Assembly (NCBI GenBank): GCA_009885935.1
Contig: VFJT01000118.1
Location: 1 to 46,605 of the forward strand
DNA from: Gammaproteobacteria bacterium
GTDB taxonomy: Bacteria > Pseudomonadota > Gammaproteobacteria > UBA1113
Length of the DNA: 46,605 nucleotides
Reading direction: 5' to 3'
Below the pieces are notes generated by a model. It searched no databases and was not told the origin of the DNA. It was given only the letters and a program-made list of their open reading frames with translations. Made by a program: the position numbers and the translations under genes. Shown here one piece after another: positions 9,393 through 18,084 of this stretch; within the stretch, counting starts at the first letter, position 1; each line of letters starts with the position of its first letter.

Positions 9393-10730
9393 TTACAATT
9401 TCCTGGATTGCCACGTCGCTGCGCTCCTCGCAATGACGATTGCTTCCGCCACCGTATGAAAAGAGCCAAAAACCAAGACCGTTTCGTTGGCGGCGGCGTT
9501 ATCCTGCGCAGCACAGTAAGCATCGTTGATTGTGCCATATTTTTGATACGATGTAATCCCCAAGGCGATAAAATCAGCCTCAATGGCTTCTAAAGGGGCC
9601 GCTTTTCTGTCTTTTAAGGGCGCTAAATACCATTTAGCAGCGCAATGCTGCCAGGGTAAAAGGCTCGCTAACCTGTCTTTAGTCGCCAACATGGAAAAGA
9701 CTATATGCACCGTTCCCTGCCAGCCTAAGAGACTAAGTTGCCGCTGTAACTGGATGCTGGCTTGCGGGTTATGTGCCACATCAATAATGCACCTAGGCTC
9801 ATATCCTATAGTTTGAAAACGCCCTGTTACATAAACCGTGGCTAAGCCCTGACAAATCGCCTCTGCCATAATCGGTAATCTAGGTTCCAATAGTGTCAAC
9901 GCTTGTAAGGCCAATGAAGCATTGTGCAATAACACCGCTGGCTTGGGCAGATCCCTATAATGATGGTCTTTATTCTGCCAATGCCAAGCCTCACCTTCCT
10001 CTTGAAAATAAAAATCAGTCCCCTGAAAATATAATAGAGCGCCTTTGGCCGCGGCACTTGCAACCACCGTGCTCACCGCATCCCTATCGCCATAAATGGC
10101 GGGTTTTCCCGAACGAAAAATCCCTGCTTTTTCAGTACCGATTTGCTCGCGACTGTCTCCTAAATAGTCTGTGTGATCTATATCGACCGTCGTGACAATC
10201 GCCACATCGCTATCGACGATATTCACTGCATCTAAGCGACCACCCAAACCTACTTCTAAAATAATGACGTCTAATTTATCTTTTTGAAACAGATACAATG
10301 CAGCCAAAGTGCTCCATTCAAAGTAAGTTAAGGTAATATTGTCTCGAGCCACTTCTACCGCTGCAAAGGCTTCACCTAAGGCGGCATCGCTGGCGGTATG
10401 ACCGGCGATGACAATGCGCTCGTTGAATTGCAACAAATGCGGCGAGGTATACGCGCCACAACGATAACCCGCAGCGCCGTAAATAGCGGCTAAAGTCGCT
10501 ACTGTGCTGCCCTTACCATTAGTGCCACCCACCGTAATGACGGGACAATTGAATTTAAGCAGGCAAAGTCGTTCAGCAACCATTGACGCTCGATTTAAAG
10601 ATAGATCAATTTCTTGTGTATGTTGGTGCTCTATATAGGTAAGCCATTCTGCTAGATTTTCAGGGCAGACACAGGGGTCTGCCCCTACGTTAAGATTCGC
10701 ATCTTGAAATGCTTTGGGTATATTAGCCAC
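9393..10730 (-). CDS. folC: Bifunctional folylpolyglutamate synthase/dihydrofolate synthase
   Basis: VITVGGTNGKGST, YTSPHL..FNERI, LEVGLGGRLDAVN, DVAHNP, VFGSFHTV; lies between accD and cvpA. Confidence 0.96.
   Translation of the reverse strand: MANIPKAFQDANLNVGADPCVCPENLAEWLTYIEHQHTQEIDLSLNRASMVAERLCLLKFNCPVITVGGTNGKGSTVATLAAIYGAAGYRCGAYTSPHLLQFNERIVIAGHTASDAALGEAFAAVEVARDNITLTYFEWSTLAALYLFQKDKLDVIILEVGLGGRLDAVNIVDSDVAIVTTVDIDHTDYLGDSREQIGTEKAGIFRSGKPAIYGDRDAVSTVVASAAAKGALLYFQGTDFYFQEEGEAWHWQNKDHHYRDLPKPAVLLHNASLALQALTLLEPRLPIMAEAICQGLATVYVTGRFQTIGYEPRCIIDVAHNPQASIQLQRQLSLLGWQGTVHIVFSMLATKDRLASLLPWQHCAAKWYLAPLKDRKAAPLEAIEADFIALGITSYQKYGTINDAYCAAQDNAAANETVLVFGSFHTVAEAIVIARSAATWQSRKL
9403..9438 (-). 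repeat. CGTC-type palindromic repeat (RPE-7-like) forming the 3' end of folC
   Basis: Minus strand CGTCATTGCGAGGAGCGCAGCGACGTGGCAATCCAG, translated as VIARSAATWQS; 29/32 identical to 46516-46547. Confidence 0.8.
10663..10688 (-). repeat. GTAG-type REP (family A) inside the 5' end of folC
   Basis: GTAGGGGCAGACCCCTGTGTCTGCCC, 25/26 identical to the intergenic copy at 24789-24814; translated as VGADPCVCP. Confidence 0.9.
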
Positions 10731-10734
10731 CTCT

Positions 10735-11589
10735 TCACTGCGCCAAAAGCTTAGCCAATAAGCCTGAAATACGATCGCGCAATTCGCGCCTATCGATGAT
10801 TAAATCGATATGTCCGTGCTCTAATAGAAATTCACTGGTTTGAAAGCCTTCGGGTAATATTTCACGCACCGTTTGTTCTATGACTCTAGGTCCCGCAAAG
10901 CCGATCAAAGCCTTAGGCTCGGCGATGATGATATCGCCTAACATGCTTAAACTAGCCGACACCCCGCCCATAGTAGGATTGGTCAATACAGAAATGTAGG
11001 GTAATTTTTGTTGATGAAACCGTTGCAAAGCGGCGCTGGTTTTTGCCATTTGTAATAAAGAGGTTAGACCTTCTTGCATACGCGCGCCACCGCTGGCGGA
11101 GATACACACAAAAGGGCATTTTTTTTCTAATGCGCGTTCAATACCACGCACAAATTTTTCTCCTACTACAGCGCCCATAGAGCCGCCTATGAAGGAATAT
11201 TCGAATACGGCCACGACTATAGGTTTTTCTTTGAGTTGCCCTTCCATCACTACCAAGGCATCTTGTTCGCCGGTCTTTTTTTGCATATGCACCAAGCGAT
11301 CTTTATAGCGCTTGGTGTCTTTAAATTTCAGTAGATCGCTGGCTTGTAGTTCATTGGCCAATTCCTTGCCGCTATCCGCATCTAGCAATTGGTCTAAGCG
11401 CAGGCGCGCGCTGATGTAAAAATGATGGCTACATTTTGGACATACTTCGGCGTTGCGTTCCAATTCTGGCTTATACAGCATACCTTTACATTGCGGGCAA
11501 TTTACCCATAAACCCTCCGGTACATTGGCACCCTTGCCTTCAGTCGAAGTGCGGATCTTAGATGGTAATAATTTGGACAGCCAACTCAT
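10735..11589 (-). CDS. accD: Acetyl-CoA carboxylase carboxyltransferase beta subunit
   Basis: VPEGLW..CP.C...CPKC zinc finger, [36 protein letters not shown]. Confidence 0.97.
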   Translation of the reverse strand: MSWLSKLLPSKIRTSTEGKGANVPEGLWVNCPQCKGMLYKPELERNAEVCPKCSHHFYISARLRLDQLLDADSGKELANELQASDLLKFKDTKRYKDRLVHMQKKTGEQDALVVMEGQLKEKPIVVAVFEYSFIGGSMGAVVGEKFVRGIERALEKKCPFVCISASGGARMQEGLTSLLQMAKTSAALQRFHQQKLPYISVLTNPTMGGVSASLSMLGDIIIAEPKALIGFAGPRVIEQTVREILPEGFQTSEFLLEHGHIDLIIDRRELRDRISGLLAKLLAQ

Positions 11590-11635
11590 GTTATTAACCC
11601 TTGTGTCTAGACGTCTATTGTCGCTTGATATTTCA

Positions 11636-11836
11636 TCAGTGGGCTTTTGCCTCTTCCTCTAGCGCTCTAACCTGCTCTACGGACAAACCTGTGCATTCTG
11701 AAATAGTGGTTAAATCAATGTCTGCTTGCAAAAGATTAGTCGCCACTTTTAAAGTATTATTTTTTTCCCCAAGCTGCATTCCCTGTTGCATTCCTTGTTG
11801 CATTGCTTCTTGCCTAGTGGCTTCTATTAAGTTCAT
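11636..11836 (-). CDS. Predicted internally initiated 66-aa C-terminal protein (RpnS antitoxin) nested in frame in the rpn gene
   Basis: Minus strand CGGGAGGTTGTTATG: GGAGG 5 nt before the in-frame ATG of [15 protein letters not shown]... Confidence 0.7.
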   Translation of the reverse strand: MNLIEATRQEAMQQGMQQGMQLGEKNNTLKVATNLLQADIDLTTISECTGLSVEQVRALEEEAKAH

Positions 11837-12592
11837 AACAACCTCCCGATATTCTGGCGTAAAACCTTTTTTCAAAATAACCCAATAAAAATCAATGGGT
11901 TGGCCATCAGCGCTGATGCTCTCTGCAAGATAGTGTAGCACACTATGGCTCAGGTCACTACTGGCCTTTATGCCGCAATTTGAGAATAATTCGCTCACCA
12001 AACGTAGCTTTTTCTCCAGTTCTTGCTGGTTTTTCGTATGGCGCAAACTAGCCAACATTAGATTTGAAATGTGCTGACGACGTAGATCGACTTCATCTAA
12101 TGTTGCAGCATCCAGCAGAGGGAATGGTTGTATCAATATCTCTTGCGCCAGGCCAGACAAATCACCAAACTGCCCAAAAAAACTTCGATCGTGCGACCAC
12201 GGCCGCTTACCATTGTACACCACTAAGGGATAAACAAAGGGCAAAGGCAACTCATCGTTTTCGTGTAAGGCCACATACCGCCTTAAAATTTGCAGGGTGT
12301 AATACATCAGTCTAAACGGCATGAGTGCGTCGGAGCTGCTTTGGTGTTCACAAAGTACATATAAAAAAGCTTTTTTCTCAGAATTCGCACAGTTTACACT
12401 AAACAGCACATCACTTTCGCTTCCATTCAATTCTTTGTCTATAAAACTAGCCTCCTCTATGCGTATACTGGGTAAATCAATAAGGTTCAGTACCTTCTGG
12501 GGCAAGCGTGTTTTAAAAAAATCTTGTGCTATAGACAAGTTTTTCATCATTGCTTTAAAAAATTCATCATGTTTAGAACGTATACCAACCAC
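11636..12592 (-). CDS. Rpn/YhgA-like PD-(D/E)XK nuclease (long form, RpnL)
   Basis: HDEFFK N-terminus, [32 protein letters not shown]-terminal (MQQG)n followed by A.NLL....I..CTGLS. Confidence 0.9.
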   Translation of the reverse strand: MVGIRSKHDEFFKAMMKNLSIAQDFFKTRLPQKVLNLIDLPSIRIEEASFIDKELNGSESDVLFSVNCANSEKKAFLYVLCEHQSSSDALMPFRLMYYTLQILRRYVALHENDELPLPFVYPLVVYNGKRPWSHDRSFFGQFGDLSGLAQEILIQPFPLLDAATLDEVDLRRQHISNLMLASLRHTKNQQELEKKLRLVSELFSNCGIKASSDLSHSVLHYLAESISADGQPIDFYWVILKKGFTPEYREVVMNLIEATRQEAMQQGMQQGMQLGEKNNTLKVATNLLQADIDLTTISECTGLSVEQVRALEEEAKAH

Positions 12593-12770
12593 TCTTTAGT
12601 CCTTATTACTCTCAAGAGATATCAATAAATATAATTATATATTATGCATTCATACATTTCAAGGGTTACGGATTTTGCTGAACATCACCCCGCTGCATTC
12701 ATTGTTTTAGATATGCTATACTGTTGGGTCAATTAATCGGGAGGCAATCGTAGAGGTTGCATACAGTATC

Positions 12771-13244
12771 GTGGCTAATGAAAACAAAAAACAAAATTCG
12801 ACCATAGCCCTACACAAAAAGGCCCATCACGAATATCAGATTGAAGAGCGTTTCGAAGCGGGTTTAGTGTTAGAAGGTTGGGAGGTCAAAAGTTTACGTG
12901 CGGGTAAAGTACAACTCGTCGATAGCTATGTAGTGCTCAAAAATGGCGAAGCCTGGCTGATAGGCACCCACATTACCCCCTTGAATACTACCTCAACCCA
13001 TGTAAAAGCGGTGCCTGATCGCACGCGCAAATTGCTGATGAAACGATCAGAGTTGCATAAATTAATAGGCTACGTAGAGCGCCAAGGCTATACCCTCATT
13101 CCTCTGGATTTACACTGGCATAACAATCGCATCAAGATCAACATTGGACTCGCCAAAGGTAAAAAACAACATGATAAACGCGCCAGCGAACGCGACAAAG
13201 ATTGGGCGCGCGATAAGGCGCGGTTGATGAAGGTGAAGTTGTAA
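12771..13244 (+). CDS. smpB: SsrA-binding protein
   Basis: [45 protein letters not shown]. Confidence 0.97.
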   Translation: MANENKKQNSTIALHKKAHHEYQIEERFEAGLVLEGWEVKSLRAGKVQLVDSYVVLKNGEAWLIGTHITPLNTTSTHVKAVPDRTRKLLMKRSELHKLIGYVERQGYTLIPLDLHWHNNRIKINIGLAKGKKQHDKRASERDKDWARDKARLMKVKL

Positions 13245-13313
13245 GCTATCAACATTTTCCTTTCACTTAGTAACTACCATCTCATCTGCGGCGTTAAATC
13301 AGCTTTACACTCT

Positions 13314-16300
13314 CTATCCGAAATCAAAAATCTTACCAAAAGAAAGAAAAGAAGCGTTTCTCTCCATTTCTGCCTGTCGTTGTTTAGTCTTATCAGGAAG
13401 AAAGGTTTGGCTATTCTGAGAAGCTCTGGGTAGACTCTCTGGTGAGAACAAGCTGCTATTTTCAGCCGGTTGGCCTAATGATCTTCTTTGCAATATTTCC
13501 GCTTTTCTTTCAAACGCTGGCGAAACTTCAGACGGCGTCAACCCGCCTTCGGTGTCTGTAGTATCTTCATCTGAAGCAAATCGCTCACTCTCTGGGCTAG
13601 AAGGTTGAGGACTTGGCGAAAACATCCCAGGACCAGCTAAAATACAACTTTGTCGGCTATCTAAAGAGCGGCTAGATGGTACACCCATAAATGACTGCGT
13701 CTGGTTATCAGTAAGAAGTGCACTCATGCTTGAAGATCTACCTAGTCTATGCTTAACATCAGAGGCATCTTGCGTAAGTACAGCTCCCTGCGACGGAGAT
13801 TTATAATTTTCATCAAGCGTAGCAAGTGTTCTTTGTAGTGCGCTTACATCACCAGATGATTTTGTTCCATAAAGACGTTCTGTCAAGGGTCTTTTACGCT
13901 TCATGAGCTCTACTTTAACTTCCCCAACAGATTTTTGTTTTGCTTCAACTTCATTTTGAAGCTTTTTATTCTCTGCAGAAGCAGTTTCAAGAGCTGTTTT
14001 TAATTCCTTAATTTTTTTATCACAATCTGCCTCGGCTTCTACAAGCTCTTCCTCTTTTTCATCTGAAACCAGCAGTTTAAGCTTAGAAATTGCATTTTGC
14101 AAATTAGATTGAGCGTTAACTAACAAGTTCTCTTTTTTCTGCGCCCCAGGGAGAGCCCTTTTAAGCTCTTCTTCTTTATCTTTCAATGTGCTATTTTCTT
14201 TAATAAATGTTGATTCATTTTCCGAAAAAGACTCTTTTGCATTCTGAGCGGAAATAATTTTCTCACTCTCCGCCCCAAAGATTAGACTATCTCCACTTTC
14301 TTGTTCAAATCTTATTATAGCGGATTTGATTTGCCCTAGAATATTTTTAGGGTCAAAGCCTGCGTTTCTATTTACCTGCTCTTGGATTGCAGCAATCTCA
14401 ACGGCTAACCTTACCTCTGGTATAAAGAATCGCGTGACAAAAGAAAAAAATGTTTTAGGAAACTTTTTAGAAAGATCAGAAAGCGCCTGCTTAACTATGC
14501 CCTTTTGTTCTTCCAACTTTTGTTTCTGGCTTGCTCCGTTCTGGGTTATATCCGCCTCAAGTGTTTCACGTTTAGTTTTTTCTGCGCTTAACTTAGAATC
14601 CTCTTTTTTAAATGCTGATTCTTTCTCTAGGAGAGTTTCTTTATCGTTAGAAAATTGTTCTTTTCTGCCAATGATTAATTTTTTCTCTGCTTCCAACTGC
14701 TCTAGAGCTGTACTCTTTCTTCGTACCTCTGGACTTCTAATTTCTGCCGTACTAGTCTCCAATTTCCTCTGTAATTCAACCAAAGCAGCACTCTCTTTTG
14801 CATACGCGTCGATCTGCTCTTTTGTACTATGTAGATTCGCTAAACCTTCTTCATCTAAGCCTTTTTCAGCTTGCTTCTGAGCAGCTTCTACATCAAACAC
14901 TTCTTTTAAGTCTTCAGCCCGAAATTCCGTTACCATCCGGATTGCTTTCTGTAACTCTGCAGGTAAATCAAGAAATGGCTCTGCATCAGTTGCAATATTC
15001 AACTTAAATTGCTGAACATAAAGCTTTTTGATTGTTTCTTGGCGTTCTTGTGCCTCTTTAGGATCAAAAGCAGCTTTTATAAGAGATAGTTCATTACATA
15101 GATAATCGTTATATTCAAGATGGTTTTTTGCCTCACTTAATTTGAGGTAATATTCTTCACCTTCACAGAAAATACCCATTTCCTTCAATGCTTCATGAAG
15201 AAATGCTAAATTCCCTGCTCTACGGGAAACTTTAGCTGCATTTAAATCTTGACAAAGATTCTCCAGAACAAACTGCCAATCCCGCTGCGGAGAGTATGAA
15301 ACCATTCCTTGATTAGCAAGGATCTTTAAAGCAGCTCGTTGAAAATCAGGAGCTTTTAATTGTTCATCTAGCGTTATTTGAGGGTTTATCGGTTTTTTCT
15401 CTTCATAAGGCCGGCCTTCAGGATCTAAACCTTGACATAAAGCACAACCATCTTTTTCTGAAACATAAATCACATTTTGCCGCAACTCAGGCTTACCCTC
15501 TGGCAGAGGTTTAAATAAATATCCTGCAAAAGTTCTCTCTTCATCCAATTTTTTCTGCATTCGTTGAGCATCTAGTTTAATTTTATCTAGCTCTGCTGCA
15601 AGAACCCTATCTGAGCTCTTAACTTCAGATTTTTTTTCATCTATTTCTTTAAGAAACTCCTCAAGCTGTTTATCTATTTGTTTATATTTTTGTTTTTCTT
15701 TGCTAGAGACTTCATCCCCAACTATTATCTGTCTAACAGAATCTGTTAATTGACTTAGAATATCACCGCCATTTGGATTGACAATTAAATCCAGTTTCGC
15801 TTGAAATTGAGAGATAAGCTTTGACCTTTCTGCAAGTAAAATCTTTAGTGTTTCGGCTTTTTGTTTAAGTTCAGAAAGTTTGGTTTCTATAGACCCAAAC
15901 ATCGCGGTGCCATTTTGTGCTAAAGCAATTTCGTCTTCTCTGGCTTTAATATAAGCACTCAAGCTTCTAGAGAGTTCGTCTTGATTTGCAGGCGGATCAT
16001 TAAATTCAGTTTCCAAAGAATCAAAATTCCGTGTACAAGATGCAAGATGTGCCGTAGCTTCTTCCTGCTCCTTTAAAACCTTATACTCTTTATTGAATCG
16101 CTCGCCTAATCGTTGTGCTTCAGTTCGAAAGGCACTAAGCTGGTTTTTATATCTAAAATTTGTTATACTAGATCCATCCTCACGAGAATCTATTTCCTTA
16201 TAACATCGGTCTATCGCATCACAATATTGCTGTATTTCATCTATAATTTTTTTACACTCTTCTATGCTCAATGTTTTGTCTGCACGATCTTCTAACTCAC

Positions 16301-17771
16301 CTAAAGTTTCCTTAAATTCTGCACAAGCTATTTCAGGTGCTTTAATCGCTTTTAGCCTTTGGCCTTCTACACTGGATTCTTCTGGATTAAGAACAATGCT
16401 AGGATTCATATTGCGCCATTTTTCAAGCGCTCTATCTTGAGACATTTCTAATGAATCTGGAAATAACTTAAAAAGCAGTTTTACTTTCTCTGGATTACCG
16501 CCCACAATGGCCACCGTTAAAGGAGTTTGTCCTCTAGAATTTCTTTCTTGGGCGATCGCAGCTTTTTGGGTTTCATCTAGGCTATCAACATGCGCTTTAA
16601 TTAATAAGGGATCGTCTGCATTTAAAATAAGCGCATGTAAAGGATAGGTTGCTTCCTCTTCTTCTGTATATTTTTCACCTTCAAGCCCATTCTGTGTATC
16701 AATTAACAGTCTTTCAGCCATATCTTGAGCTTTTCTTATTAGTCTAACAATCTCTTCATGATTCAAAATTTGTTCTTTAACTGCTGCATATTCTCCTCGT
16801 GACATTGTAATGCGAAAAGCGTGCTCCCATCCATCTATAGATTCCTGATTTTGAGCTTGTTCCAACCTTTCTTCAAATTCTGTAACAAGCAGCATAACCA
16901 AAGCTTCTGTTAGCGTATTCAATAATTTTTGCACATCGGCTTGCAATTTTCTCAGATACTCACGCAATTCTGTTACATTTTGCCTCCCCAATGATGCTAA
17001 TCGGCCAGAATTAGATATTCTCCAGGACTTCGCTTTTTCTAATTCTGCAGCCAATTTCTTATTATATGCATTAATTTTATCGATAGCGGCTACATACTCT
17101 TCTACAGTATTAGGTTTAGGCTGAGTCCGCAGTGATTCAAATTCCTGTTGAAACTGCTGCTTTAGTACTCGTGCATTGACAATATCATAGACATCTATTC
17201 CAGCCTCAATATAAAATGGCACAGCTGGTTGGCCATCTTGACCTAAAATCTTACAAATATATCGGCCTGCATATTCCCCAGATATCCTGTCTTTTATAGG
17301 AGCAACATAAATCATACCCGCCGTTGCTTCAATGCTATTAAATGATGCTTCATCGTCTAAAATTTCAAAATTACATTTAATTGAACTCTGCTTCTCCTGA
17401 ATAAGGCATCCTCTTAATTGTCTTAATCGTCTTAATGCTTCATCCTGTTGCTCTTTTTGTTTATCTTCTTGCCATTTTGCTTCAGCCTGCAATAATGGGG
17501 GCGACAGCATTTGAGCTTCATTTTGCAATTGAAGTAACTGTGCTCGTTCATTTTTCAAGGCAATTAACTTCTCATCCGGTCCCAAAAACCAAGAAATCAC
17601 GCTATTCGATTCTGTGGTAGACATTTTTTCATCATGCTCTATGATCACCACAGTAATCTTTTCAATGTAAGCATTCACGGCTAAGATAGCTTTTTGATAC
17701 TGTTCTTGTGTGTTGAGTTTAGGCTGCGCTGCTTGCAGTCGCTGAAGTTCGCTGTGTAGTTCCGCTGACAT
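13314..17771 (-). CDS. Large coiled-coil protein with ankyrin-like repeat(s); candidate secreted effector
   Basis: 1485-aa open frame, AT-rich, E/K/Q-rich helical; YPLHAL and GQTPLTVAIVGGNPEKVKLL ankyrin-like motifs; S/P-rich tail. Confidence 0.75.
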   Translation of the reverse strand: MSAELHSELQRLQAAQPKLNTQEQYQKAILAVNAYIEKITVVIIEHDEKMSTTESNSVISWFLGPDEKLIALKNERAQLLQLQNEAQMLSPPLLQAEAKWQEDKQKEQQDEALRRLRQLRGCLIQEKQSSIKCNFEILDDEASFNSIEATAGMIYVAPIKDRISGEYAGRYICKILGQDGQPAVPFYIEAGIDVYDIVNARVLKQQFQQEFESLRTQPKPNTVEEYVAAIDKINAYNKKLAAELEKAKSWRISNSGRLASLGRQNVTELREYLRKLQADVQKLLNTLTEALVMLLVTEFEERLEQAQNQESIDGWEHAFRITMSRGEYAAVKEQILNHEEIVRLIRKAQDMAERLLIDTQNGLEGEKYTEEEEATYPLHALILNADDPLLIKAHVDSLDETQKAAIAQERNSRGQTPLTVAIVGGNPEKVKLLFKLFPDSLEMSQDRALEKWRNMNPSIVLNPEESSVEGQRLKAIKAPEIACAEFKETLGELEDRADKTLSIEECKKIIDEIQQYCDAIDRCYKEIDSREDGSSITNFRYKNQLSAFRTEAQRLGERFNKEYKVLKEQEEATAHLASCTRNFDSLETEFNDPPANQDELSRSLSAYIKAREDEIALAQNGTAMFGSIETKLSELKQKAETLKILLAERSKLISQFQAKLDLIVNPNGGDILSQLTDSVRQIIVGDEVSSKEKQKYKQIDKQLEEFLKEIDEKKSEVKSSDRVLAAELDKIKLDAQRMQKKLDEERTFAGYLFKPLPEGKPELRQNVIYVSEKDGCALCQGLDPEGRPYEEKKPINPQITLDEQLKAPDFQRAALKILANQGMVSYSPQRDWQFVLENLCQDLNAAKVSRRAGNLAFLHEALKEMGIFCEGEEYYLKLSEAKNHLEYNDYLCNELSLIKAAFDPKEAQERQETIKKLYVQQFKLNIATDAEPFLDLPAELQKAIRMVTEFRAEDLKEVFDVEAAQKQAEKGLDEEGLANLHSTKEQIDAYAKESAALVELQRKLETSTAEIRSPEVRRKSTALEQLEAEKKLIIGRKEQFSNDKETLLEKESAFKKEDSKLSAEKTKRETLEADITQNGASQKQKLEEQKGIVKQALSDLSKKFPKTFFSFVTRFFIPEVRLAVEIAAIQEQVNRNAGFDPKNILGQIKSAIIRFEQESGDSLIFGAESEKIISAQNAKESFSENESTFIKENSTLKDKEEELKRALPGAQKKENLLVNAQSNLQNAISKLKLLVSDEKEEELVEAEADCDKKIKELKTALETASAENKKLQNEVEAKQKSVGEVKVELMKRKRPLTERLYGTKSSGDVSALQRTLATLDENYKSPSQGAVLTQDASDVKHRLGRSSSMSALLTDNQTQSFMGVPSSRSLDSRQSCILAGPGMFSPSPQPSSPESERFASDEDTTDTEGGLTPSEVSPAFERKAEILQRRSLGQPAENSSLFSPESLPRASQNSQTFLPDKTKQRQAEMERNASFLSFGKIFDFG

Positions 17772-18084
17772 TTTAGCACCCCTCTTTATCTGTTGTGATC
17801 GATTCTGGTGTTAGATCTCTGTACAACTCTCATAATATCAAACGTTTATTTTAAATAATAGTGCATAAGACCCATCTTTTTGAAAATATTGATAAATAAA
17901 TTCTGTTTAGTATGATTTTTATACTGATTGGCTGATAAAAGAATGTTTCTTGTGTCGTTTTTTTGATGTAAAGATCTTTGTTAAAGGTTTTGTGGATATT
18001 AAGCGGCTTTAGTGAAGTCCAGAAAACTGAGAATCCTTGCTCAGGAAGGAATAGAAGTTTTATTAATAATATAACCGTTCGATT

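Noticed and set aside
9371-9583. 70-aa ORF in the dedD position
   Set aside because: It overlaps folC in another frame, reads through the repeat and has no SPOR features
12625-12652. dif/pdif-like site (GCATAA-TATATA...), also at about 270-297
   Set aside because: The XerD arm TTATGTTAAAT is absent at both; probably chance in AT-rich DNA
13245-13313. tmRNA (ssrA) next to smpB
   Set aside because: The gap is 69 bp with no GGGGC.../TCCACCA ends
14326-14880. Long antisense ORFs (e.g. 14326-14880, 36527-37063, 27827-28237, 35995-36396)
   Set aside because: Shadows of well-supported genes on the opposite strand, with no SD or recognisable motifs
17772-18084. CpxR/PmrA boxes upstream of the effector-like gene
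   Set aside because: GTAAA/TTAA half-sites are present but the spacing does not fit the consensus
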